This document shows, piece by piece, positions 51,954 to 64,000 of a stretch of 64,000 bases of DNA (the stretch's first letter is position 1; every line of letters starts with the position of its first letter). A program made the translations under genes and the position numbers. The notes beneath the pieces are model-generated. The model searched no databases, was not told the DNA's origin, and saw only the letters and a list, made by a program, of their open reading frames with translations. Origin of the DNA: Octopus sinensis (Eukaryota); contig NC_043021.1 of assembly GCF_006345805.1 (NCBI RefSeq), forward strand, positions 27,652,001 through 27,716,000, read 5' to 3'.

Positions 51954-52909
51954 TATATACATATTACAGGGAAACCACTTTGTGGACACCCTTAGGCTAG
52001 AAATAGATCCGCTATGGTCTTCCCACTAAGAAATGTTCTCAAGAGAAATTTAGCAAAACAACCAAAACGTAATCATCAAAACAAAAGAAAAAGCAATAAA
52101 AATATGGATTATTCACATACATGTTTCACTATTAACATATTACGTAACTTTACTTACATAAATGTCCGTAGATCATCGGTGCGACCGTCCAGATTAATAT
52201 AATTTGCAAGACTGCATACTAGGACACTGCATATATGGGAAACTCTTATCGAAGGGTATTGTTTTACATGGTGCTTAATGTGACTTAATGTGTATGAATT
52301 CGTTAAATGATTCACATTAAGAGGTTGTTAAAATCTTATAAACATACGCAATGCAAAACTACATTGCTCTAAGATACCACGGTGCTTCGTTATTTTCTTT
52401 TGGAATCGCAAAATACATCTTTTAAACAGCACGCAATACAGACGGGTGTCATAAATGTGAAATAATGACACCAGCATAGCATATATTTCATACAAGTCGA
52501 AAGTAGAGGATGCCATTTGCAGATGTTATTCCAATACATCCAACTTGATAATAATTCATTTTATACAGCTATTTCGCACTAATCTACCGAGTATGTGTAC
52601 GCCTGTTTGTGAGAAGGAAGAGCAGTTTGTTTCCACAGCGGTTCACAATCGTTGATAAATTTATTTCCATACAAAATTGTTTTCATACTATCTGTAGAAG
52701 CAGTTGTAAATTTCTCTTTATGGAGAGAGTCAGTATTAGAATGTAATTTTTCGACAACATGGGGACATTCTAAATGGAGAGAATAGCGATGATATTTCAT
52801 GAGAATCAACCTTGGATTGCTTAATTTCTTAAACGTGGGCATAAAATTTTGCACACCACAAAGATTGTTGCTATATCCGCTAGAGTCACAAAACACCATT
52901 TTTAATATT

Positions 52910-53450
52910 GGTTTCAAATTTCGGCAGAAGGTTAGAAATTTCTAGCGATGCGGGCAAATCGATTATATCTACCCCAGCGTTCGACTGGTATTTATTTCAT
53001 CGACCCCGAAAGGACGACAGGCAATGTTAGCGTCACGGTAAGAATTTTGCCACCTCGCCGCCTTATGCGATAATTAATATTCAAAAAGGTGAAAGCAGTG
53101 AGCTAGCAAAATCACTGGCCCACTTGGCATAACGCTTAGCGGTACTTCGTCCGTTTGTATATTCGGAGTTTAAATTTCCCCGAGGTCGAATTTGTCTTGG
53201 GGAATTTCAGTGTCAAGGAAATAAGTAGGAGTTAAGTGATCGATGTATTCGGCTAATTCTCTCTTCAAAATTCCAGGCTTTGTACCTCTAGAAGAAAGGA
53301 ATATTAGTTTTAAATTTTGGCATAAGGCCAGCAATTTCAGTGGTAAGTGGTAAGTCGATTACACCGACCCCAAAAGAATAAAGGTAAAAACCGACATCAG
53401 CAGAATTTGAACTCAGAACGTAGAGACGTATTAAATGCCACAAAGAATCT
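52910..53450. mobile_element. three family B SINE pieces (-,+,-)
   Basis: Core motifs at ~52990, ~53185 and ~53365. Confidence 0.7.
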
Positions 53451-53489
53451 TTTGTGAACCGAAATGCGCTTTTAATTCTTTCTTGATTG

Positions 53490-53860
53490 CACCATGCTTT
53501 ACCCTTTTGGCCTAAATCATCTTCCCATCATCGTGGAGGCCTTCTGTTTGGCTTTTCCCGACATCTTGGATACTACTCTGCAACTGCACGCGCTCATCTG
53601 TTGTCTGCTAACCTTGCTATATGCCCGCTCCGTGCCTTCGCTATTCTGCAATCACCTCCTTCACTCCATTCCGTTCTCCAGTTCACTATTTTCGGCTCTG
53701 CTTTTGCAATGGTATTTGTAGCCTGCACCTTTCCATGGCCCTTTGCGTTGTAGGCAATCGACATTCTTTCCCTCTTCGTCGTATCCCACGTCTCACTTAC
53801 GTATAAGAGTGCACGGTGGACGATGCTATTGAAGGGATTGACACGTAGGGTCCTTTCTAG
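53490..53860 (-). mobile_element. RTE-clade LINE 3' relic
   Basis: Minus strand: ALLYVSETWDTTK ... GHIARLADNR*ARAVAE*YPR ... RPPR*WEDD. It is the same type as 13345-13778. Confidence 0.8.
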
Positions 53861-54554
53861 CTTTTGTCACTGTGTATATTCGCTTTCATTTGCAGATTTT
53901 ACTCCAGAATTCATTCCTTCAACGCCTAGCAGATGATCTAACATGTCAACATTACCATAACACAGTAAACACCAATCACTGTAATTCTGTGCTTATTGTT
54001 TTCCCAATATCTGAAGCAATTCTTCCTTTATTTGCATAAAGTCAATACTGACTCTTTGAATTCTATTTTCTTGTCTTAAATTTAATGTAAATAAACCGTA
54101 TCACTTGGGCCAGATTGCTCACAAAGCGCTAAATCAGGCGTGGAAAGTCAAACAGAATAGCATAAATATTTGTTTCTACAAATGGCTGATGAGTAATAAT
54201 ACCGCAGAACTAAAGCCGTGAGATTGAACATTTCAAATTAAATTTCGTGTGAAAAATAAGATATTAATGTTTGCTCCTTTATAAACGATATAAATGCTGT
54301 CACTCATTATGTTATTATATTTATTAATTACTGCAAAAGAGAGATGAAGTTTCCAGGCTGTTTGTTTGAAGTTATGTCCTAGGCAGAAGCAGAAAAGGAA
54401 AGATTGTAAGAAGCTAAATGCTGTATACACTACAGCAGTACATCACTTCAGTTATATATGCTTTGACGAATAGGATTCCCTAGGCCTTCAGTGATGTCTT
54501 GTTCAAGATTAATATGGAGCGACGCCTTTTATAGAAAGAGCTAATATTGGTTTA

Positions 54555-54762
54555 CCATTTTGGCATAAGGCCATCAATTTCGAGGAAGATTGTAAGTTGA
54601 TTAGATCGACCCCAGTAGTCAACTGGTACTTATTTTATCGACTCCGAATGGATAAAAGGCAAAATCGACCTCGGTGTAATTTGAAATCAGAACGTAGGAA
54701 TCGACGAAATGCCGCCAAACATTTTTCCCGGCGTTCTAATGATTCTGCGAGCCTCGCCGCCT
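54555..54762 (-). mobile_element. family B SINE
   Basis: CTGGTACTTATTTTATCGACTCCGAATGGATAAAAGGCAAAATCGACCTCGG. Confidence 0.8.
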
Positions 54763-55739
54763 TCAGAGGAATTAATGCCAATTACCTGTATAGTCGATAC
54801 ATATATACATTCATACATACAAACATTGTTCAGGCTTTCACAGGCTAAAGATTGGGCTAAAACTAGCAAATAGCGCTACTGTTGAGGACTGCAGGCTCCC
54901 GTTTTTCTAATTTGAATTACTTTAATAAATTGGGACAACAATCAGTTATTAAATTTTATTTGCAAATTGATATTAATGATAGTTTAAATCAATTAGTAAA
55001 ATTTATAGACAAATTAAATGAAGTCTAATTTGCTGCATTCTTAAATATTTTAAATAATATTTTGCTATGAATACACAACCACGGAAAACAAACCGAAGTA
55101 TTATAATTAATATGAAATTAAAATAACTTAATACGATATTTTACCAGAGCCGTTCATAATAGTAATGCATGCATTACGAAAAACTACTAATGTGGAATTC
55201 TACGACCTTTTACTTTCTATTGGAATTTATTGCATTATCGATCATTTATTGCTGATTACATCATACAATGGCTGCTAGAGTACCAATACCAATTACATTA
55301 GATGTTCTTAACAAATTCTTCAAGCGGTTATTTAAACATGTGCGTTAATATCTTTAAATATTTTCTTTGTAAATTCAATGTAATATTTCAATATTGTTTA
55401 AAATTCATTGAAACTCAAGTATTTTACTAATTATAAATAATCAATAAATTGTATTGATATTGTGTTATGCTATAGAAGGACTGGAATCCAGGATTTGAAA
55501 CATTGGTGAATGCACATGTGCTGCTGAGAGCAAGGTGAAGCCTGCTGTCAACAGTGGCTCGGAATGAGTTTCGCGTATGGCGCTCTTGCAGCTATTTGTT
55601 ATTGATGTATTGGGTTGTCAGGTAAATGCATTGGTTTTTGTTTTCCATTTATTTTAATCCTTATTTTTTCATATAAAAAAAACAAAACAAATTTAACAAG
55701 CCAGTTAATAATATACTCTTCTTCATTGTTCATGACATT

Positions 55740-56260
55740 TTCTCGAAGTTCCACTCGCTTGTCAATTACCAGACAGTAGAAATGACCCAGTCTTCACCCG
55801 AAGAATACATCAGTTCACGTTTTCAGCTCTACATTTTTGTTGAACGAAATGTTTCACAGTTGGAGAGCGATCGATAAAGATAATAATCTAAAGTTGTGTG
55901 TATTGCTGTGTTGAAGTAGTGCACAAAATATTTGGACCGAGATTCGGGACCTTACACATCGAGTGAACGTGACAAGTCACGATATCATGAACACATTACA
56001 CCTGCTGGGCCAATTTCCTAGTTGATTGGCGCGAATCCTCGTGAAGGGCTCATTCAATCGTTCCTCATTGAAGTGAACAACTTGACCGGGGCGCAGAGTC
56101 TTTGGGTTCAAATTTCTGCTGCTTGAAGAGTGAAAACTATTTCTGTGCAGTTGTTTCAGTAATTATGTCTTCTGTATGCTCATCACAAATGTCTCAAAAC
56201 GGCTTTGACATCTTTGGAAACTTGATTGAAAGCAAAGAGAATCAGGTGTCAAAAATGCTG
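55740..56260 (-). mobile_element. mariner transposase relic (N-terminal half)
   Basis: Minus strand: RPGQVVHFNEERLNEPLHEDSRQSTRKLAQ..HDIVTCHVHSM resembles the second mariner HTH. It is heavily decayed. Confidence 0.55.
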
Positions 56261-56734
56261 ATTGCTTCCTAATATTACTCCATTGTCAAATATCTGAAAA
56301 TTAGTAAATTGATTCAAATTTCAAACATCGATAAACAAAAGTTGTAGAGAAAGAACTGAGTTACAAAATTTCCATAAAATAATATGATAAAAATATTTTC
56401 AAAATCATTCGATAAAAGTAGACGAGTTTACCTGACAAACCAATTTTTATACCAACGCTAAAACGCTATCAAACCCATAGGGAAACATCAGATTATTTTC
56501 CATTTTATTCATCTTTATTTAAGATAGTGTGGATTGAAATATATTTAGTTGCTATTTCCTGCTCGGTAAACGTTTACATTTAGGCTTCTTCGTAGAATAA
56601 AGGGAAGTGGAAGTTATTGGAAGTAGTCCAATAACGGAGCTCTGAACTATTGCTTTTAATAATTCTTAATTATTCCAAAATTATGTCCATTTATACAATA
56701 ACTAATTAGGTAAAATAAAAATGGCAAAGAGCCC

Positions 56735-57058
56735 CTTCGTTAATGAAAGACCACGGGATTGTGCCTAGAAAGTTGTCCTCTGAGACTTGGAAAATTCGTT
56801 TATAGAAGACCAGTGGTCGTCCATGTATACCAGCTTTGGCCCTCCACGCAACCGGTGTCATCCAACGGGATGGCATAAGCAAAGGCCGATACAGCTCGGT
56901 ACCAATGACGTCACAACTCGTTTCTACAGCAGAGTGAACTGGAGCAACGTGAAGTAAAGTGTCTTTCTCAAGAATACAACACAGTCCGACCCGGTAATCG
57001 AAATCACTACCTCATGATTGTGATGCCGATGCTCTAACCACTGAGGCATGGCCCTTCA
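56735..57058 (-). mobile_element. SINE family C
   Basis: GAGTGAACTGGAGCAACGTGAAGTAAAGTGTC...GTAATCGAAATC...CTCTAACCACTGAGGCA. Confidence 0.75.
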
Positions 57059-57212
57059 CGAATAACTTGGTAATATACAATATTTTCTCCAAACAATTTC
57101 TGGTTAACAGAACCACAAGGTTTACATTGAGTGGGAGAAATATAACACGATTACAATAAAGTTTTACGTTAAAAGTATGCAACAGCGAAATAGGAATTAG
57201 TCATAAGGATTC

Positions 57213-57300
<88 letters not shown>
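57213..57300. repeat. (CTAT)22 microsatellite
   Basis: Perfect tetranucleotide run directly abutting the LINE 5' end. Confidence 0.95.
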
Positions 57301-57579
57301 GGACGTGCTGTCACTTCGGCTCCGAAGGTAATCGTTTATTTTGACTATTTATAGCCCATATTTTGTGTACATTTTTACAAATAAGGTGTGTAAGGCACCC
57401 AACTTTCGTTTGAGTTTCCAAGGGAGGAATTCGCCCCTAGGGGCAGTTTCAACCCTATTTAATTTTTGTAATTTCTTTCTAGACATTTTGAAAATGTCGA
57501 GAAATTGTATTGTAGAACGATGTTCGCGTTCCTTTATCGACCAGCTTTCTCCTAGTCTGGAAACGCTAGGAGAAAAAAA

Positions 57580-59716
57580 GAATTTATGCGCGCAAAGTAA
57601 AATCACCAATGACTTTGCAATGAACGCTGCAACCACTTGTAGTAACAGCCCTGTCACCAACACCACCACTAGCAAGAACAACAAAGAGACTACTGCTGTT
57701 ACCACCACCGCCTTCACCACCACCACCACCACCGCCGCCACATCATCCACTACCTCAACTATCAACAACAACAACAATAACAATGACAACAAAAATAAAA
57801 ATTGCACCACCATTTCGACATCTGCTGCCACGGCTGTCTCTTCTGCCACTGACACCACCACCAACAACAAAAACAACAATAACAACAACAACAATTCCGT
57901 TTAGACCTGTTTTACTCCAACAACAAGAACTGAAGGGAATAAACAAAAGACTGTGACCACCAAACAAATTGACAAAAGCTGCTTGAATACAGGGATAAAC
58001 CATGCAAGTAATTTTCCACCCCTTCCTACTTGCACAATCAAACCAAACACACCGATTTTACCAACTGCAGCCAACAACAACATCACCACCATCAACAACA
58101 ATAACAAAACAACAACAAATTTCGCCGAGGCGATAAAAGAAAAAAAGACAACAGTATATTTTACTGCACAACAAATAAAAGACACGAACATTTTAATAAC
58201 GGAAGTAGATGGTATAGTAAAAATAAACATACCACAAGAAATATTAGAAGATGAAAAAAAAAAGAACAATTATTTATAAAATAATTCATAAGAAAACAAA
58301 AAGTCCAGAGAAGGCTAACACAAGCAAAATAGAAAAATGCTTGAAACCCATCTGGAACTACAAAGAGTATGTGACCTGGTGGAACAAGTTCGCACACATA
58401 CAAGTGGTCTTCCACACTGAAGAGTTAGCAAGACGTTTCTCAACGCTAACTCTTCATTCAGATGAACTGACATTAATACCAAGCTACCGTGGACAGAAAG
58501 TGACTAAGATCACTTTAAACAATGTCCCAAAAATAGCTAACAATCTATGGCTAGTAAAGGCCTTATGTGTGAAAATGGAAGTTTTCACAATTTTACAAAC
58601 CACGGTCACGGAGCATAAAAACTGGGTGGGAAAAAAAGTAGAATTTCTACTACATATAAACCAAGAGGACATAAAGAAAATACCCACCCAGATATGTGTA
58701 TCAGAAGACCACAAGTTGTATGTGGTCGTCGATGGCAGAAGACCACGTTGCTACATATGCGGCAGTGAGCAACACCTAAAAAAAGATTGCAAATCTGCCG
58801 CAAGAAAACAACAGCAACAACAACAGCAGCCGGAAAAAACAAATAAACCAGCTGTACTACCCACACCACGTTTTGCACGAACAGGACTAATCACAGAAAA
58901 TCAACAAAAAACAAACCTCACCAACCAAACAACCACACCAACTGCACCAAGAACAGAAGCAACACCACCAACAACAACAACCAAGAATAAACCAACTCCC
59001 AAACCAAGGACATCTGCCAAAAAGACACTCATCGAAAATGAAGAAACAATTACTACTCCAAATCCCCACAAAATTGACACCCCAAACAACACAACAATAC
59101 CTATAATCACTCAAACACAAAATACCCACACCCCACCTCCAAAACCGCATACACCACAACCTAACGCTCACCAACCAACACCAACAACAAAATCAACACA
59201 GTCTACAATAGACCCCAATATTTTCCCTCTTCCAAGCTCTGATTCTTCTGATTTTTCATTAGACGAAGAAGACACAGAAGATTGGAAAATAGCCACAGGG
59301 GGGAGAAGAAAAAGGGGAAAAAAAGAAAAGAAAAGATAACAAACAAAGCAGGAAGATTCACCACTCCCGAAACAAAAACATCCACAGAAAACAAACACAT
59401 CAACACAAACACACCATCATCAAGCCCCCCAACATTGTTGACAGCCATAAACACAAACAACCACGACCTAATGGAACACATTAGGTCAAACACCAACATA
59501 ACTGAAAACGATATAAAAACAAGTAACCACCCACGCACAACACCACCACAACACATTAAAATAATACACGTAACACAGAACACATACAGCACCCTGAAAT
59601 CTCTTTACCCTGATGCAGTAGGGAAATTTCAAAAGTATTCATCAAAGAAACTATACAAAACCCTCATAGAAGAAGACTGTGAGGGGAAAGACAAAGGACT
59701 TTCGAACAACAAGTAA
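57580..59716 (+). pseudogene. Tx1 ORF1 (gag-like, CCHC zinc knuckle), frameshifted
   Basis: RPRCYICGSEQHLKKDC lies in ORF 58251-59339. Thr/Asn/Pro-rich low-complexity flanks are in adjacent frames. The start position is uncertain. Confidence 0.75.
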
Positions 59717-59784
59717 CCTTTTCTCTCCCTCTTTCCTTTTTTGCACTTTCTTTTCGTGTGTAAAACACGATTTTTTATCGGAAC

Positions 59785-62700
59785 ATGCTCAGAATAGGCA
59801 GTATAAATGTACGTGGCTTGGGGTCGCCTTGGAAACAAGGCTACCTGTTAAATGACATCAAGTCACTAAATCTGAATATCATAGCCATCAGTGAGACCAG
59901 ACTCCACAGCTTGCGGGCACTCCAGCACAGTTTCGGTACACATTTCAACATTTATTTTTCTCCGTGTCTACCGAGAATGGGCGGAGGTTGCACCGCGGTG
60001 CTTCTCCGGAAGAGTCTGGATCTCAAAGTAAGAGTAATTTTCCTAGACCCGGAGGGTAGGCTGGTCGTTTTGGATGTCGATGGCAGCAATGAGTGTGCTT
60101 TTCGACTGATAGCAGTTTATGCTCCGTCCTTAACGGGCCGACCAGATTTCTTTCGACGTCTAGAGTCCTTCATGGGAACTTCTCATCCTTTATTTTTAGT
60201 GGGGGATTGGAATGCCACCCTGGACACGCATCTAGACTACGTGGGCAGAGATAGCAATAGAAGGGGATGCAAATGCCTCAAAGACCTGCTCAGACGTTTC
60301 CAACTGTCTGACAGGTACCGACTGGACCACCCGAATGTGCCAATGTGGACATGGAGTAACCGCATCGGGTCGTCCAGATCATACTTAGAGTATTTTGTAG
60401 GACAATAGATAAAAATAGTGTAGGTTGTCCACAATTTCATATAGTCAGTTACACAGATCACAATTTTGTGACTTGTACAATTGACTTAGATAAGACACAT
60501 AGGCAGGGTCCTGGTTACTAGAAACTGAACGTGTCTTTTACAGCACGACAGGTTTACAGGGACCGGATCAGCACATTAGTTAAGAGAGCTTTGACGGGTA
60601 CCATCATCAACAACAGATGGTGGTATGCCCTAAAAAAAGCAATTAAAGCAGAATCAGTCAGATACAGTAAAGCCCTAGCATTAGACCAAAATAGAATAGA
60701 GGGAGAATTAGTTAAGGTTTTAGAAGAGGCACTTAGAACTGGCATCGCGTCCAACGTGCTGGCGGCGAGATTGGCCCTCGACAAACACCTCAACGCCAAA
60801 CACGAGGGATGCGTTGTCAGAGCTAGGATGCGTGCTCTGAGGAACGAAGGAGTTGGAGCCGCCCAAGAGGCCCGAGTGGTGGAGACGCAACGAGGCAACA
60901 GAGCCACCATCAAGTCTCTTATAGATGAACAGGGTCGCGAATTGCTCGAGCCTAAAAGATGTGTGGGGCTTTTCAACAACACTTCACCCAACTGTTTGGG
61001 ACAAGTAGTGAGTCAGAACGCAGAGTGAACTTTAGTGCCTACCTGCATGCCTTGCCACGACTCTCAGCAAGAGAGGTGGAGTCTTGTGAAAGGCCTATCA
61101 CAGCTGCGGACGTACAGGATGCTATGGTAGGCTGCGCGAGAGACAAGTCACCAGGCTTGGATGGTCTGCCCTACGAACTTTATTTTCATATGCCAGACTT
61201 GTTTGGAGGCGTCTTGGCAGCTGTCTACTGCAACTGGCAGCAGAACGGGAGTATTCCTGCTTTTGTAAAGCGAGGAGCAATGGCACTGATTAAGAAAGAC
61301 CCAAACAAGGGGGACGTCATAGATAATTTAAGGCCCATCACTCTGCTCAACGCAGATTTGAAAATTTTGGCCAAGGTGTTAGCCGAGAGGTTGGCGCTTG
61401 TCATCAAGAAACTAATCGACAAGGCGCAAGCATGCGCCGTGCTGGGTAGAAGTATTCATGACAACCTTCATCTGATGCGCTGCATCATAGATAGGGTAGT
61501 TAAGAATCCTGGCATGGGTGGGGCGCTGATCAATTTGGATCAATCAAAAGCTTTCGATAGGGTAGACTATCACTACTTGGAGGCTGTCCTCAAAGCGGCT
61601 GGTTTCGGTCCAGTTTTCCGCGGTTGGATCGCTGCCTTATACAGCGGCATCCGCTCAGTAGTTCGCGTAAATGGTCATCTATCCAGACCTTTTAACATCA
61701 TGCGTTCGGTTCGTCAGGGATGCCCCCTCTCATCGCTGCTGTATGTATTGACTCTTGAGCCACTACTGCGGAAACTGGCGACGCTGAGGGGCATCCCACG
61801 AGAGCTGGGATGCGGGAGGAGCGTGTCTGCATACGCGGATGACGTCACCGTCATAGTGTCGAGCTACGAGCACATCGAGCTTGTCAGCGAGACACTGAAA
61901 GAATACGAAGCGGTAACGGGAGCAAAAATTAACCGGGAAGTGGGCTTGCGGCTCGGCACCTGGAGAAGCAGGCCCATGCCGTCCAACAGCGTCTCCATCG
62001 TGGGACGCTGGACGGACGGACCGGTTAAATTGCTCGGGGTCTGGTTCGGTCCGGACCTCCAAATGGAGAAGAACTGGGGCGAGATAACGACTAGGGTGGC
62101 TACTCTCACCCAGAAATGGGCTGAGAGAAAGCTATCCCTAAAAGGTCAGGCGGAGGTGGCGAACGCGTACATCGCATCCGTCATCGAGCATCGTGCCTTG
62201 TCCCGACCCTACCATCACCAAACTGGAACGCATACTCTTCCGCTTCTTGTGGAAGGGCAACGTTCCGATGGTTAGGCGATCCATTTGCTGCCAACACCCG
62301 CTAAATGGAGGGCTGGGCATGCCGTGGTTGATGATGCGCAGACATGCGCTGAGACTGCGACATCTCCGGCGCTTCATAGACAACGGTGAACAGGTGTGGT
62401 CGCCTTTTGTGCGGCGCGCTTTTCCGCAGCTCGTCTCCTTGGACGAACTACAGTCATGGATCAAGCAGAGACCGAGGCTAGGCGAATGGCACCGCGAGTG
62501 TCGCGTTGCTCTCAAGCAACTCTGCCGTCCGGGATCGAACTTGTGCGACTCCATCACAACAAAGGCATTCTATAGAGGATTAGTGGAGGGGAGGTGCGAC
62601 GACGAACTCGGGCAGAGTCTGGGCGTCGACGAGGAACACCTGACCCGCCTGTTCAGGACAACTTTCGGGCCAGGACCTATGAACAATCACCAAAGATCCC

Positions 62701-63184
62701 TGGCCAGCAGTGCTATCGAGAAGCATTACCTGTTCGGGATAAGCTCTACAGACACGGTTCCAGACACACTGGACCGACTTGCCCCAGATGCGGTCAGAGC
62801 GACGAAACCGTTCTGCACGCACTCGTGCAATGTCCAACCATTTCAGACCTGTGGGCTTATGCCGAACGGCTGCTGTCACGTGTGGGACGAATCCGCCTAT
62901 CAGCCGAGTCTATCGTGAGAGTTGCTCCGCCTCCTTCCCTCAACCGGAAAGGCAAGGCAGTTTTCATCGTACTGGTGGCCATGGTGAAAGAATGTGTGTG
63001 GTGGACCCGAGCGAAAGGATTAGAGACAAACACTTACCTCTCTGGCCAATCGCTCATCAACTTGAAAAGGAAGGTGAGAATGGAGAGGGAAGTTTTGTCT
63101 CGCGAAAGATTAAAAAAAAGATGGGTGAATGTTGCAAAGATGATGCGTGCGAGTGACGAAACCATTTTGAGCATGATCCTGTAG
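59785..63184 (+). pseudogene. Tx1 ORF2 (APE endonuclease, reverse transcriptase, zinc finger), disrupted
   Basis: SINVRGL, ISETRL, GDWNA, KSPGLDGLPYE, RPITLLNAD.KILAK, DQSKAFDRV, RQGCPLS, AYADDV and CPRCGQSDETVLHALVQC. There are at least four frameshifts and a TAG in the GY(W)KLN motif near 60518. Confidence 0.92.
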
Positions 63185-63520
63185 ATCGTAAAAAAGAAAG
63201 AAAGAGAGCATTCTGATCTCATGTGGTTATTTCCTCCCTGACTGAGGTTCCCGTGGTCTTTTCTGTAGGCTTTTCTTCCCACGGATGAACCCAATCTTGT
63301 TTTATCTTGTTTTATCAATGTTTTTATCATTATTTCTGTGATACACGATTTCTTTTCTTTTTTTTCTCCTCTCGATCCCTTTTGATCGCAATCTTAGATT
63401 AATTTTCTTTTTTTCCACCCTCGAAAAGAAAAGCTCTGCATTTGTATTTGTCCCCTCTGTATTCAGCCCTGTGTGGCTAATAAAAGAAAGTTATCTGTCT
63501 GTCTGTCTATCTATCTATCT

Positions 63521-64000
63521 CGATCGATAGTGTTCATTGTTGAATCGGCTCGAAGGTCAATCGCCTTTTTTTATTGTTTTTTGAAAAAGTTTCGTTTCAA
63601 ATTTTCACGCACGGAGTGTGTAAGACACCCAGCTTTCGCCTGGGTGTGTTTTCCGGAGCGGATTTTGCCCCTAGGGGCAATTTCAGCCTTGATTAGATAT
63701 CAAAATTTTTGCTTCCATAGCTTGTTTTCACGTAATCTCGCCGAAGCGTTCCTCATAACACATAGACGCTGTTCTCTCTCTCTCTGTTGCATCCATTTGT
63801 TTACGTCTTACATTTTCGGAGTTTTTCAATTTTTCAAACGCCCAACTTTCGTTTGAGTGCTTTTTAAATGTAGAATTCGCCCCTAGGGGCATTTCCATTA
63901 ATTGATTTTTTATTTCTTGATAAAAAATGTCGAGAAATTTTATCGTAGAACAGTATTCTGCGATTTTTTCCAAGGAAGATTTTCCTGCTTTGGAAAAGAC
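63521..64000 (+). mobile_element. 5' UTR of a second, related Tx1-like element (runs off window)
   Basis: TCGGCTCGAAGGTCAATCG, CCCAACTTTCGTTTGAG, AATTCGCCCCTAGGGGCA and AAAATGTCGAGAAATT.TAT.GTAGAAC match 57301-57530. Confidence 0.75.

Larger units (their letters stand above)
57301..63491 (+). mobile_element. near full-length Tx1/L1-clade non-LTR retrotransposon, inactivated
   Basis: 5' UTR, ORF1 with a CCHC knuckle, ORF2 with APE, RT and a C-terminal zinc finger, T-rich 3' UTR, and AATAAA at 63479 followed by TCTG/TCTA repeats. Confidence 0.93.

Noticed and set aside
52579-52917. 112-aa minus-strand ORF as a possible transposon or Polinton relic
   Set aside because: I could not recognise any diagnostic motif.
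59785-63184. Tx1 ORF2 as an intact, active gene with frameshifts due to sequencing error
   Set aside because: Some frameshifts may be errors, but the TGG-to-TAG change in the conserved YWKLN motif is a substitution and indicates real inactivation.

Overview
AT-rich eukaryotic intergenic or intronic DNA, very probably from an octopus. This rests on my recognition of the tRNA-derived SINE families and is not a database result. I could not recognise any host protein-coding gene, rRNA, tRNA or CRISPR array, and almost all ORF-track entries are translations of (TA)n/(CA)n/(TACA)n microsatellites. The window is a mosaic of transposable elements. It holds a near full-length but inactivated Tx1/L1-type LINE inserted in a (GATA)n microsatellite, with the 5' end of a related copy directly behind it. 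It also holds three Penelope-like element (PLE) relics, three RTE-clade LINE fragments, five mariner relics and one Tc1-like relic, several MITEs or hairpins, and about 25 SINE copies from three families. The most notable feature is at 15252-16679: four tandem ~353-bp units, each carrying an intact minimal type I hammerhead ribozyme on the minus strand and no credible ORF. This is the architecture of a non-LTR retrozyme, a ribozyme-processed circular-RNA retroelement. Several other unrelated repeats also carry variant or decayed hammerhead motifs.
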